Virus record (IMG/VR): IMGVR_UViG_3300038345_000251
Coordinates: 183,248-247,247 of that record
Origin: a virus
Lineage: Duplodnaviria; Heunggongvirae; Uroviricota; Caudoviricetes
Strand: one strand, 5' to 3'
DNA: 64,000 nt
In this document: piece by piece, positions 23,274-33,150 of the stretch
Layout: the number at the start of each line of letters is the position of its first letter
Numbering within the stretch: the first letter of the stretch is position 1
Made by a program: the position numbers and the translations under genes
Notes under the pieces: model-generated
Seen by the model: only the letters and a program-made list of their open reading frames with translations
Database searches by the model: none
What the model was told of the DNA's origin: nothing

Positions 23274-23298
23274 ATTTTTAATGTATTTTATTTTAAAA

Positions 23299-23341
23299 AC
23301 TATTTATTACAAAAGTATAAATAATTTTTTAAAAAATCAAG
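23299..23341. promoter_or_regulatory. Overlapping divergent promoters: ACTATTTATT (+) and Bacteroidota-type CTTG-N20-TACTTTTG (-)
   Basis: actatttatt at 23299-23308; caaaagta at 23310-23317 and caag at 23338-23341. Confidence 0.55.
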
Positions 23342-23342
23342 T

Positions 23343-24443
23343 ATGGTCAGTAAATTTAAATTACCAACACCTGAAGAAATTGCTGCTGAAGAAAAAGAAG
23401 CAGCAGAACTTGGTATAAGTATATTTCAACTTAGGCATAGAAAAAAGATGCATGAAACAATTGTTGAAAGACGTAAGAAAGCACAAGATAAAAGAAAAAA
23501 AGCAACTGCTAAAAAGAAACAGTTAGAAAAAGAACGTGCAGCACGTAAGAGAGAAAAGGAAAAGTTGAAAAAACAAAAAGAAAAAGAACTTGAAAAGGAA
23601 AAGAAGAAAATAAAAGAACAAAAGAAAAAAGAAAAGATTCTTTCTCAGCCAAAGAAACGTAGAGTTGGTAGACCGAGTAAGAGGGGACCAAAGATTAATT
23701 ATTATAAAAGGAAAAAGAAAAGACTTGAATTAGAAAAGAAAAAGAATGAGCCAAAGAAGAAAGTTTCTTGGAATTATAAAATTGTCGCTTGTAAAAATGG
23801 TAAACAAATAAAGTATATTGATAGGTTTATAACCTTAGATGATGCATATATAAAGATTAATGAATTGTTAGCACAACCAGTTATTTTTCCTAAAAAAATA
23901 GAGCATAGGAAAAAGTTTACAACCGCTAACTTTGAATATTTAATTTTAGAGCATAAAACAGGCGAAACTTCGTATTTAAGGAACGAATATGGTAAACTTG
24001 TTGAACAGGTGACAAACAGCGAAAAATGGAGTGTTTTAGACAAGTTTCCATATGAAGTAGAAGAAACATTTTGGGTTTGGGGATTTAATAATAATACAGA
24101 TAGGAAAACATTTCAATGGATATATGATAATATATTAGTTGGAACTATTAAAAATGCTTATGATATTCGTAGAATTGTATTGTTTAAGAATAAAATTATT
24201 TTTATGCATGATGATGATTTTATTGATATAATTTTTACTAAATCAGAAGGTGAAGCGATTAGATTTTATAATAAATTAGAAGAATTTATTGAAAGAGATA
24301 AAGTAAAACAAGTGTTTTTTATTGGTTCGTTTAATGCATTAGGTGATAAAAGACGTAATTTAGAAGAATTGATAATGAAGACAACAGGATGGGGAAAAAA
24401 TAAAGTTCAATTATCTTCCACTTTTAAGCATTTAGGAAATTAA
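23343..24443 (+). CDS. Hypothetical protein with highly basic Lys/Arg-rich N-terminal half
   Basis: 366 aa; K/E coiled coil, RVGRP AT-hook-like motif, globular C-terminal half. Confidence 0.6.
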   Translation: MVSKFKLPTPEEIAAEEKEAAELGISIFQLRHRKKMHETIVERRKKAQDKRKKATAKKKQLEKERAARKREKEKLKKQKEKELEKEKKKIKEQKKKEKILSQPKKRRVGRPSKRGPKINYYKRKKKRLELEKKKNEPKKKVSWNYKIVACKNGKQIKYIDRFITLDDAYIKINELLAQPVIFPKKIEHRKKFTTANFEYLILEHKTGETSYLRNEYGKLVEQVTNSEKWSVLDKFPYEVEETFWVWGFNNNTDRKTFQWIYDNILVGTIKNAYDIRRIVLFKNKIIFMHDDDFIDIIFTKSEGEAIRFYNKLEEFIERDKVKQVFFIGSFNALGDKRRNLEELIMKTTGWGKNKVQLSSTFKHLGN

Positions 24444-24444
24444 A

Positions 24445-24454
24445 ACTATTTATT
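24445..24454 (+). promoter_or_regulatory. Putative phage late promoter (ACTATTTAT motif)
   Basis: actatttatt 33 nt before ATG 24488; the same motif recurs upstream of many genes. Confidence 0.55.
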
Positions 24455-24487
24455 ATAAAAAAATAATCTATAAATATCATATATAAA

Positions 24488-27205
24488 ATGGGTAGACAAA
24501 AATTAATACATTTGAATACCACCAAACAAGGTGAAGAGTTTCTTTCAGCAGTAGTTGAAAATGCTGAATATAATGAAATTGTGATACAGCATCTTGCAAG
24601 TGGCGAAGGTGAAACAGCGTTATGGACACTTGAAAAAATTAATGGCGAAAAAGTTCCTGTAAAATTCCCTAGTGAAGAAGGTATACAAAACATTGTTAAT
24701 TTAGAAGCTGAACGTGCAATGTCAGCTGAAACAATGCTTGCAGAAGCAATTGAAGGCATTGAAATTGTTAAACTTGATGAATCTGAACTTACAGCAAATG
24801 AACAAGCAGCATATGTTCTTCATGTTGACAATGAACAAAAAGGTGCAAGAATTAGTATTCCTAAAGATAATGCACTTTATAGCGTTTATGTAGGACATGT
24901 TGATGATACACTTGTTAGTCCTTATGACCCTACAGTTGTTGATGGTACAGGTAATACTGCACTTTGCTTTATTTATCAATTATCAGATAATGAATATAAA
25001 TTAGTTACTGTTAATATTGAAGATTTTCTTGATGAAAACGAATTTGCTGATGGTTTAACAGTTAATAATCATATTGTTAAAGTTTTGATTGACCCTACCT
25101 CTGAATCATATTTAACTGTTTCAGAAAATGGTGTTAAATTAGAAGGAATTGATGATGAACTTAACACTCTTGATAGTAAAATTGATGATGAAACTGAACG
25201 TGCAATGTCAGCTGAAACAATGCTTGCAGAAGCAATTGATGATGAAACTGAACGTGCAATGTCAGCTGAAACTGCAATTCAAACTAATCTTGATGCTGAA
25301 GTAGAACGTGCACAAGAAGCAGAACAAACACTTGATAGTAAAATTGATAATGAAATAGAACGTGCAACAGATACAGAAACAGTTCTTCGTCAAGATATTG
25401 ATGAACTTGAAGAAAAAATTGATAATATTCATATTCACCCAGCAGCAGATGTTGAAGTAGGCCAACCTTCAGTATTACATATGCAAGTTGAAGGGGACAT
25501 AGACAGCCAGCGTTTCACAATAATGCCAAAATTAGGTAAGATTGAAGAAGCAACTGAATGGAGTGTTGGTCTTGTCCCATCAGGTAAAACTGGTCTTGTT
25601 GATGCTTGGGATGCTAAACAATACATTGGAAGTCAAATCAGCCAAGTTGCATCAGATATGATTGAATATGTAAACCAAGAAATTGAATATGTAATATCAG
25701 CTGAAACAGAACTTCAAGAGGAAATTGACAGTATCGAAATTGTTAAACTTGATGATTCAGAACTTACAGCAAATGAACAAGCAGCATATGAACTTCATAT
25801 TGATGGTGAACAAAAAGGTGCAAGAATTAGTATTCCTAAAGATAGTTCACTTTATAGAACATATCTTGGTCATGTAGACGATTCATTAACTTCAGCAAAT
25901 GACCCTACAGTTGTTGATGGTACAGGTGATACTGCACTTTGCTTTATCTATCAATTATCAGACAACACTTACGAATTAGTTGCAGTTAATGTTTCACAGT
26001 TCCTTGAAGAAAATGAATTTGCTGATGGTTTAACTGTTGATAACCATGTTGTTAAAGTTCTTGTTGACCCTACATCAGAATCATATTTAACAGTAAGTTC
26101 TGACGGTATTAAATTAGAAGGTATTGACGATGAACTTAACACTCTTGATGCTAAAATTGATGATGAAACTGAACGTGCAATAAGTGCTGAAACTGCAATT
26201 CAAACTAATGTTGATGCACTTGAACAAATGGTTTACGAAGTAAGTGATAACCTTAATGCTGAAATTAATAGAGCAACAAATGCTGAACAATCAATTCAAG
26301 ATAATGTTGTTATTCTTACACAAACAATTGAAGATGTAAGTGAAAGTGTTACTAACGAAGTTACAAGAGCAACAGAAGCAGAGCAACTTATTCAAACTAA
26401 TGTTGATACACTTGAACAAATGGTTTACGAAGTAAGTGATAACCTTAATGCTGAAATTGACAGAGCAACAAGTGCTGAAACTGCAATTCAAACTAATCTT
26501 AATAGTGAAGTAGAACGTGCAACAAGTGCTGAAACTGTACTTAGAGAATCAATTGATAGTATTGAAATTGTTAAGATAGATAATCCATCAGAACTTTCTA
26601 CTAATGAAAGAGAAGCATATCTTCTTAAAGTTGACAATGCAACTAAAGGTGCAAGAATTAGCATCTATAAAGATAGTTCACTTTATAGAACATATCTTGG
26701 TCATGTAGATGATTCACTTGTATCAGAAGATTCTCCTGCTGTTAATTATGGTGGTGGTGATGAAGCACTTTGTTTCATTTATTACACAATGGAAGGTAAA
26801 TATCAATTAGTTACAATTAATGTTGAGACTTTCCTTTCTGAAAACGAATTCCTTGATGGTTTAACTGTATTCCAAGACCATTCAATTAAAGTTAAGATTG
26901 ACCCTACATCTGAAAAATATAATGGATTTGACTTGTTAACAGTAAGTACAGAAGGTGTTAAACTTAATGGTGTACAAAATATTGTTTCAGCAATGGTTCA
27001 AACAGTTGATGTTAAAGTTGAAATAGGTGCTAATTCTTACGATTACCTTGAATCAACACAAGTAACTCCACCAAATAAGTATTTTAAGATTGATGCTAAA
27101 ACAATAGATATTGAAGATGCAGATTCAAGTAATACAGGTCTTCTTGATGCTTATAATGTTAAAAATTATATTGATAACCTTATTATTGATTGTGGTACAT
27201 ATTAA
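24488..27205 (+). CDS. Repetitive acidic fibre-like virion protein
   Basis: 905 aa; three copies of a ~130-aa domain (IEIVK...KGARISI.KD..LY..Y.GHVDD...ALCFIY...DPTSE) separated by E.ERA.SAET coiled-coil repeats; ends IIDCGTY. Confidence 0.65.
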   Translation: MGRQKLIHLNTTKQGEEFLSAVVENAEYNEIVIQHLASGEGETALWTLEKINGEKVPVKFPSEEGIQNIVNLEAERAMSAETMLAEAIEGIEIVKLDESELTANEQAAYVLHVDNEQKGARISIPKDNALYSVYVGHVDDTLVSPYDPTVVDGTGNTALCFIYQLSDNEYKLVTVNIEDFLDENEFADGLTVNNHIVKVLIDPTSESYLTVSENGVKLEGIDDELNTLDSKIDDETERAMSAETMLAEAIDDETERAMSAETAIQTNLDAEVERAQEAEQTLDSKIDNEIERATDTETVLRQDIDELEEKIDNIHIHPAADVEVGQPSVLHMQVEGDIDSQRFTIMPKLGKIEEATEWSVGLVPSGKTGLVDAWDAKQYIGSQISQVASDMIEYVNQEIEYVISAETELQEEIDSIEIVKLDDSELTANEQAAYELHIDGEQKGARISIPKDSSLYRTYLGHVDDSLTSANDPTVVDGTGDTALCFIYQLSDNTYELVAVNVSQFLEENEFADGLTVDNHVVKVLVDPTSESYLTVSSDGIKLEGIDDELNTLDAKIDDETERAISAETAIQTNVDALEQMVYEVSDNLNAEINRATNAEQSIQDNVVILTQTIEDVSESVTNEVTRATEAEQLIQTNVDTLEQMVYEVSDNLNAEIDRATSAETAIQTNLNSEVERATSAETVLRESIDSIEIVKIDNPSELSTNEREAYLLKVDNATKGARISIYKDSSLYRTYLGHVDDSLVSEDSPAVNYGGGDEALCFIYYTMEGKYQLVTINVETFLSENEFLDGLTVFQDHSIKVKIDPTSEKYNGFDLLTVSTEGVKLNGVQNIVSAMVQTVDVKVEIGANSYDYLESTQVTPPNKYFKIDAKTIDIEDADSSNTGLLDAYNVKNYIDNLIIDCGTY

Positions 27206-27227
27206 TAGTGGTTATGTTTTTCTGAAT

Positions 27228-27259
27228 AAAACCTATCTCAGTAATGAGGTAGGTTTTTT
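27228..27259 (+). terminator. Intrinsic terminator
   Basis: aaaacctatctca-gtaa-tgaggtaggtttttt. Confidence 0.85.
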
Positions 27260-27267
27260 CTTATAAA

Positions 27268-27277
27268 ACTATTTATA
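27268..27277 (+). promoter_or_regulatory. Putative phage late promoter ACTATTTATA
   Basis: Lies right after the terminator, 12 nt before ATG 27290. Confidence 0.65.
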
Positions 27278-27289
27278 GTAAAAATAGAA

Positions 27290-27625
27290 ATGAAAAGAGT
27301 TATTATTGGATTATTAATGCTAATTAGTTTAGTATGTTGTTTTAGTTGCGGAAAACGAAATATACACAGTAGTGAAGGAACTTCATCAATGTATGCATAT
27401 GAAAGTCTTATAACATTAAGACAATTAGATTCAATATGTATTGCTGATACTTTATTAACAATGGATAATTGGATTAAAACAACATTTTATGATTATGAAA
27501 CAAATGAAAAATATGTGAAATATATGTTTATTAAAGATTTAGATAATGATAGAGAAATAACATATATTATAACAGAACAAGATACTGTTTTTAGACTAAT
27601 AAAACGAATTGGTAAAACTGAATAA
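27290..27625 (+). CDS. Predicted lipoprotein
   Basis: MKR + hydrophobic stretch + FSC lipobox-like Cys followed by GKR. Confidence 0.65.
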   Translation: MKRVIIGLLMLISLVCCFSCGKRNIHSSEGTSSMYAYESLITLRQLDSICIADTLLTMDNWIKTTFYDYETNEKYVKYMFIKDLDNDREITYIITEQDTVFRLIKRIGKTE

Positions 27626-27627
27626 TT

Positions 27628-28263
27628 ATGGGAAAAAGGATTAAGATTTCAGGTTTTAAGCCATCAAGAATAGATGGTACTGAACGTATTTTTGGGGTTT
27701 CTATGGAAAGTATTGCATGCCCAAAGCAATATTCATATGTTAAATATTTACCAGATGTTCTAAATCAAGGAGAAAATCCAATTTGTGTTCCTTGTTCAAT
27801 TTCAAGTTACTTGAATTGGAAAGAAAACCTAAAAGATGGTAGTCATAAAGATAATAAAATAAATTATTTTGAGATTTATAATACCAAAACAACTGAAGGT
27901 GATGGAATGACATTTAAAGAAGCGTTTAGTTATTTAAAGCATCATGGGGTTTCTTCTAAATCAGGTATAATGAGAATAAGGGGATATGCGTTAATTAGGT
28001 CTCTTGCATCATTAAGAACAGCATTACTTATGAATGGTCCATGTTTTGGTGCATTACCTGTATATAATTATTCAAATCAATTCTGGAAAAGGAAAAATGG
28101 AGATATGCTTCTTGGTTATCATGCAATATCAATTGTTGGTTATGAAAAGGATGGTTTTATAATTAGAAACAGTTGGGGAAGTAGTTTTGCTAACAATGGA
28201 TATACAAAAATATCTTTTGAAGATGCAAATAATTTTATAGAAATATGGACAGTGTTGGAATAA
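27628..28263 (+). CDS. Papain-family (C1) cysteine peptidase
   Basis: NQG...ICVPCS (oxyanion Gln and catalytic Cys), GYHAISIVGY (His), IIRNSWG (Asn). Confidence 0.85.
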   Translation: MGKRIKISGFKPSRIDGTERIFGVSMESIACPKQYSYVKYLPDVLNQGENPICVPCSISSYLNWKENLKDGSHKDNKINYFEIYNTKTTEGDGMTFKEAFSYLKHHGVSSKSGIMRIRGYALIRSLASLRTALLMNGPCFGALPVYNYSNQFWKRKNGDMLLGYHAISIVGYEKDGFIIRNSWGSSFANNGYTKISFEDANNFIEIWTVLE

Positions 28264-28267
28264 TAAG

Positions 28268-28296
28268 AAAGCCTTAGAAAAATCTAAGGCTTTTTT
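28268..28296. terminator. Bidirectional intrinsic terminator
   Basis: aaagccttaga-aaaa-tctaaggctttttt between convergent genes. Confidence 0.85.
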
Positions 28297-28299
28297 GTT

Positions 28300-28977
28300 T
28301 TAAAACATTTTGTAAACTTTCAACCCGACATCGTATTGGGGAATTTCTGCACTTCTTGGCACTTTTGGATTCGGATTAAAGTAGTAATTACCTTGTATCG
28401 CAACACCAAATGATTGGTTAAAGAATAAACCTGCTTCAGCATTTGCAGATGGGAATGTTGTTATACCAGCACCCACAAAAGGTAATACTTCTCTTTTACT
28501 TTCAATATAAATAGTTTGTTGTTTATAAACAGGATTAAAAGTATAATTAAGATTTGCAATTCTGTTATATTGTACTGTTGCATCAATTGTACATTTTCCA
28601 ACTGTATCAATATCAAACAACGTTTCAGTATATTCACGCTTACTTGCCCAATCAATCATTATTTTAGTTGAATCTTGTTTAGTAAATTGTGTAGTATCTG
28701 TTAAATAAATAACTTTTTCAGGAAATAACTCTTGATATATACCATCTTTAACACATTGTGCTATTAAATTGGCGGTATCAACAGGTTCAGTTACATAATA
28801 AGGAACAGGATATGGAATACTGTCATAAATAGGTTCTCCTGGTAAGTATTCGGTAATAGTTTTTTCAATTACAGTTGAATGTTTTTTACCGATATATAAA
28901 CCAGAAAGGAAAAGGAGGATTGCAATAGCGGCAATACCTCCTATTTTCCACCAGTTTCTTTGAATAACTTCACTCAT
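28300..28977 (-). CDS. Membrane-anchored protein with C-terminal amphipathic beta strands (possible spanin-like lysis accessory)
   Basis: N-terminal TM helix; C-terminal FVGAG...AEAGLFF..FGVAIQGNYY...VGLKVYKMF outer-membrane-like strands ending in Phe. Confidence 0.45.
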   Translation of the reverse strand: MSEVIQRNWWKIGGIAAIAILLFLSGLYIGKKHSTVIEKTITEYLPGEPIYDSIPYPVPYYVTEPVDTANLIAQCVKDGIYQELFPEKVIYLTDTTQFTKQDSTKIMIDWASKREYTETLFDIDTVGKCTIDATVQYNRIANLNYTFNPVYKQQTIYIESKREVLPFVGAGITTFPSANAEAGLFFNQSFGVAIQGNYYFNPNPKVPRSAEIPQYDVGLKVYKMF

Positions 28978-28980
28978 TCG

Positions 28981-29526
28981 TTAAAATGAACCACTGTTAA
29001 TTATTTCATTTCTAATAGCATCAACAACATCATCAGTTAATGCGCTGTTAAGAGATTCACCGTTTTGTCTAAGGGTTTCAATAAGATTATTGAAATTAAC
29101 AGTACCACCTGAAGTACTTGCTTCAATTGCGTCTTTAAGAACTTCAGCATTAATCTCTAAACTATTAGCCATTGTTTCTGTATGTGCTGCCATGTATTCC
29201 TGTGTTTCGTTATTTTCTCTCTGAACCATTTCATAGAATGTTTCACCGTCCATATCACCTTTATCTGTTGTGAAAATATTCTTAAATGTTTTAGCAAGAG
29301 CACCAAACAAACCAGTTAATGAATTTCTTGTTTCAGCTTGTTCTTGTTTTAATGCAACAGAATCCTGATGCTGAACAATTGTTTGAGTTTCAATTGCTTC
29401 AGTTTGTGCTTTTAATGTTTCAGTTTGTGTATCAACTGAAACTTGTGTATCTTTTAATGCATCAACTATTTGTTTAGGAATTCCAATGAATCCACTATCT
29501 GGGCGATAACCATAAGTATTTAACAT
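28981..29526 (-). CDS. Hypothetical coiled-coil protein (late-motif promoter upstream)
   Basis: 181 aa; TATTTATA on the minus strand at 29564-29571. Confidence 0.55.
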   Translation of the reverse strand: MLNTYGYRPDSGFIGIPKQIVDALKDTQVSVDTQTETLKAQTEAIETQTIVQHQDSVALKQEQAETRNSLTGLFGALAKTFKNIFTTDKGDMDGETFYEMVQRENNETQEYMAAHTETMANSLEINAEVLKDAIEASTSGGTVNFNNLIETLRQNGESLNSALTDDVVDAIRNEIINSGSF

Positions 29527-29609
29527 AGTATTACAATTTTTTTTCTAACTATTATATTTTATATATAAATATCTTGATTTTTTCAAAAATAATTTTATCT
29601 TAATAAAAA

Positions 29610-30293
29610 ATGAAAATTATGGTTACGTATGTTGATGAAATAATTGAAAAACTTAAAGAAGTTAGTTTAGAAACAAGTGCAATTAACATTGCGAGAGGTT
29701 TAAGAAGTATGCTTGGTGATGAAAAAATAGGTAAATTGTTTAGAGAAATGTTAGAAAGTAACAATACCATATCATCAGATGAAAGAGTAAAAAACGGTGA
29801 CGAATACAATTACTATTGGCTTGCTGTTAAGTTAAAAGAAATTGATGAAGCAGAAGAAGCAGAAGATGGATTAAAATACCCTTCTCACGGTTGGATTAAT
29901 GGAGAAATGTGGGAAGCATTGGATAATGTTTCAAAACAACTTAATACATTAAATGGTGTTTATGCTAGTAAAGGTGTTGTTTATCCTGAAGGTAGTTGTT
30001 ATAGAAGCAAAGGCTTTTGGACAATAGATTTTGATACAATCGAAGATTTCAATCATTTCTTATGGGCTGGTTGTTATAGGTATTTACCACTTGCAAAATC
30101 AGAAAAATGGAGAATATTACCAAATTTAGGAGACCCAGATTATAGAGAAAAGAAGCTTAGATTTGAACTTCATTATATGAAATTAAATGCGAATAAATCT
30201 GATATGGAAAAGGATTTTGCTGATATGGCAAAATGCATTGAAGATTATTCAAATGATGAGAATGAAATAAAAAATAAACTTGAAAAACGATAA
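29610..30293 (+). CDS. Hypothetical protein
   Basis: 227-aa ORF starting a + operon. Confidence 0.6.
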   Translation: MKIMVTYVDEIIEKLKEVSLETSAINIARGLRSMLGDEKIGKLFREMLESNNTISSDERVKNGDEYNYYWLAVKLKEIDEAEEAEDGLKYPSHGWINGEMWEALDNVSKQLNTLNGVYASKGVVYPEGSCYRSKGFWTIDFDTIEDFNHFLWAGCYRYLPLAKSEKWRILPNLGDPDYREKKLRFELHYMKLNANKSDMEKDFADMAKCIEDYSNDENEIKNKLEKR

Positions 30294-30295
30294 TT

Positions 30296-30487
30296 ATGGT
30301 AATTTTAGATAAACTTTTAATTTTTGTTTTTATATTTTGCTGTTTAGTTACCGTTAAAGAAATCTTTAATTTTGTTAAAGGTGTTATTAATGGTAAATAT
30401 GAAATTTCGACAAAAAGATTGATTATTTTAGGAGTTTCATTATCTTTTATATTGACAGTATTAATAACAGGGTTTACATTATTATAA
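30296..30487 (+). CDS. Small two-TM membrane protein
   Basis: 63 aa with two hydrophobic helices; coupled to its neighbours. Confidence 0.55.
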   Translation: MVILDKLLIFVFIFCCLVTVKEIFNFVKGVINGKYEISTKRLIILGVSLSFILTVLITGFTLL

Positions 30488-30490
30488 AAT

Positions 30491-30961
30491 ATGGATGTAA
30501 AAGAAAGAATAGAAAAAGTTAAACCTTATTTCCGAGGAATGCAGGTAGAAAATGTTGATGAACAAAGTATTATTTATGTCATTGTTCAATTTCCACCTAA
30601 ATGGATTATAGATGAAGAAATACCAAATAAATATGGTGTTTCAATCGCACAAGGTAATAGTCCAGGCGAATTTTATTTTTGTGTTGAAATGGAAAAAGGT
30701 TTTGATGTTGTGTTTGATGCTGTTGAAAGTAATATAACTAAAATGCTTACAGCACAAGAAAGAGCACAACTTTTGAGACAAAAAGTAACTGAGTTACAAG
30801 AATTGTTTATGGATGAAACCATATCAATAGAAACATTAAGAACATTGGAATTTTCTTATAAAACACCTAAAGTGCGTAAGAAAATGGAGAAAAAAGATAT
30901 GGTAAAAGAAGTTATTGAAGAAGTAAATAATGATTTAAATATTGGGGAAGATGGTGAGTAA
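30491..30961 (+). CDS. Hypothetical protein
   Basis: 156-aa ORF. Confidence 0.6.
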   Translation: MDVKERIEKVKPYFRGMQVENVDEQSIIYVIVQFPPKWIIDEEIPNKYGVSIAQGNSPGEFYFCVEMEKGFDVVFDAVESNITKMLTAQERAQLLRQKVTELQELFMDETISIETLRTLEFSYKTPKVRKKMEKKDMVKEVIEEVNNDLNIGEDGE

Positions 30962-31370
30962 TGGTTTAATTATATTTTTATATTGTATAGTAGCATATGG
31001 ATTATCTAATATGGTAGTATTTTCTTCTGGACCGTTTAGAATTTTTGAGAGAATCAGAGATTTATCAAATAGAATATCAGAACATTTTGGACAACTTTTT
31101 CAATGTATGATATGTTTTCCTGCTAATGTAGGATGGGTTTTAAGTTTAATTAATTGGTTCTTTATACCTTTCCCATTTACACCATTTAATTTGATTTTAA
31201 TAGATACTAATTTATGGTGGTTAGCAATGATAGGTGACTGCTGTTTTACAAGTGGTATCGTTTGGATTATACATAATATTGAATCATTTTTTGAAAGCAT
31301 TGCAGAAGGAAAACATGCTGAAGAGTATGAAGAAGTTGAAGATAATGATGTAGTTAACTTAAATGATTAA
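30951..31370 (+). CDS. Membrane protein, DUF1360-like
   Basis: TM helices plus GPFRIFERIR and GQLFQCMICF (CxxC) motifs; ATG 30951 preferred over TTG 30942. Confidence 0.5.
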   Translation: MVSNGLIIFLYCIVAYGLSNMVVFSSGPFRIFERIRDLSNRISEHFGQLFQCMICFPANVGWVLSLINWFFIPFPFTPFNLILIDTNLWWLAMIGDCCFTSGIVWIIHNIESFFESIAEGKHAEEYEEVEDNDVVNLND

Positions 31371-31647
31371 TATGGAAACAGTAGAAGATTTGAAAAACGA
31401 TATAGCAAAAACTAATGCCACAGTAAAATTTGAACAAAAAAGATTACAAAAAGAAATTGAGAATGGTTTATTCGATAGTGCTAATGAAATTTTGTCTAAC
31501 CCAGAAACAAATAATTATTATCAAAAAGCATTAGAAGAATTAAATAAGGAAACACTGGAAATACCAGATAAAACTTCAAAAAAAGAGAATGAGAAAACTT
31601 TGTGGAAGAAATTTAAAGAAAACTTAAAAAAAATCATTTTACAATGA
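31363..31647 (+). CDS. Hypothetical protein
   Basis: 94-aa ORF overlapping the upstream stop. Confidence 0.5.
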   Translation: MINMETVEDLKNDIAKTNATVKFEQKRLQKEIENGLFDSANEILSNPETNNYYQKALEELNKETLEIPDKTSKKENEKTLWKKFKENLKKIILQ

Positions 31648-31648
31648 C

Positions 31649-31680
31649 AAAAAAGAGAAGGTTAATTCCTTCTCTTTTTT
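31649..31680. terminator. Bidirectional intrinsic terminator
   Basis: aaaaaagagaagg-ttaatt-ccttctctttttt between convergent genes. Confidence 0.85.
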
Positions 31681-32152
31681 ATGCATCAACAATAGTATTA
31701 TCAGGTAAATCTAATTTTTCATGCAACCATTTTATCATTTCTTTAGGAAAATCTTTTCTTATTTTTTCTAAAATCATAGGTATAAATTTCTTATCAATGT
31801 CTTCTATGATTTCTAACAAATCATCACCGTCAAGTTGATTGAATAAGTAACTTAATGCAGTTGTTCTGTCAACACTAAAAAGATGGTCAAGAATGTAATC
31901 AACAATGTCACGTGGGTCCATGTCATCCAGAACTAAATTTTGATTACCATTATCAATCACATTTTGAATGCAAGCGTCCTCATCAAGTTCACAGTTAAAT
32001 CCACATTCTTCACGTGTTGATTCATAGTCTTCGCTTGTTTGATTCATGACTAAATAGTTAATTAAATCAGACTTATCCCAAGATGAAAGATTGTCAATAG
32101 CATCAATAATAGGCTTAACATCTTTCTTAAATTTAATCATTTCTGTACTCAT
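31679..32152 (-). CDS. Hypothetical acidic protein
   Basis: 157-aa ORF. Confidence 0.55.
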   Translation of the reverse strand: MSTEMIKFKKDVKPIIDAIDNLSSWDKSDLINYLVMNQTSEDYESTREECGFNCELDEDACIQNVIDNGNQNLVLDDMDPRDIVDYILDHLFSVDRTTALSYLFNQLDGDDLLEIIEDIDKKFIPMILEKIRKDFPKEMIKWLHEKLDLPDNTIVDA

Positions 32153-32160
32153 GTTATTCT

Positions 32161-33150
32161 TTATTTTATTGTTATTGTTTCAGGTGGTATTGTTGTTTCT
32201 TGATTATCATAATAAAGGGAAGCAGTTCTTCCAATATTTTTAATTAATTGATTTAAAAGAAATTTAGTTTTCCTTGAAAGTTCTTTCTTAAATGCTTCAG
32301 TTGAATTTCCATATGGATTTAAATGAATATTATATATATTAAAAATATCTTTTATGCCTTTAATATTTTCATCATTTATTTGTTTATATAAATCTCTAAA
32401 GTTTTTTGAAATAAGTTTATAAATATAATATGCTTGCGTTTTTTTGATGTCTTCATGAAAGTTTTCTCTTTTAGAATCAAAACCTTCTAAATCACCATAT
32501 ACACTTGCAACTAATGCATTGAATTCTGTTTCTGAAAACAATCTATATAAAATCAAATTGAATAAATTATTATAGTTAGGGTCAGAAAATATATTAGAGA
32601 TTACATTACTCTTAATAAGTTGATTCTTGTATCTTTTATAATAACCATTTTTCATTAAATCATTATATGCCTCATAATAATGATTGATTTCATGATAAAG
32701 AGAATTGTAAAAAGTCCTACCAATAATACTACCTTTATATGCATAAGCAAAAAGAGATATTTTACCAGAATTTAATTTTCCATCAATAATTGTATCATCT
32801 ACTAAATTAAAAGTAGCCTCTCCACCACCACTCCAGTTAAAAATTGATTTATCACGAGTATTTTTAATAGTAACTTTAATTTCCAAGTTTTTTATGAAAT
32901 TAATCTTTTCAGTTAATTCCTTTGGTATTTTAATACTTCTTTCTTTAAATAATGGTGATAAACTATGACAATATTGTTCAACAAAATAATAAATTTCATT
33001 GATTTGTGGTGCATAAGGATTACCTGCAACACCTCTTTCTTCAACAAGCCTGATAACCTTATTTTCTAATTCAATAATGTCTTTAGGTGGAAGATTAATC
33101 TGTTCCATCCTCTCCATTAAATCTTTGATTTCTTCTATTTTAACTCCCAT
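32161..33150 (-). CDS. Putative zincin-like metallopeptidase (HExxH)
   Basis: LYHEINHYYE plus downstream ETEFNALVA motif. Confidence 0.55.
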   Translation of the reverse strand: MGVKIEEIKDLMERMEQINLPPKDIIELENKVIRLVEERGVAGNPYAPQINEIYYFVEQYCHSLSPLFKERSIKIPKELTEKINFIKNLEIKVTIKNTRDKSIFNWSGGGEATFNLVDDTIIDGKLNSGKISLFAYAYKGSIIGRTFYNSLYHEINHYYEAYNDLMKNGYYKRYKNQLIKSNVISNIFSDPNYNNLFNLILYRLFSETEFNALVASVYGDLEGFDSKRENFHEDIKKTQAYYIYKLISKNFRDLYKQINDENIKGIKDIFNIYNIHLNPYGNSTEAFKKELSRKTKFLLNQLIKNIGRTASLYYDNQETTIPPETITIK

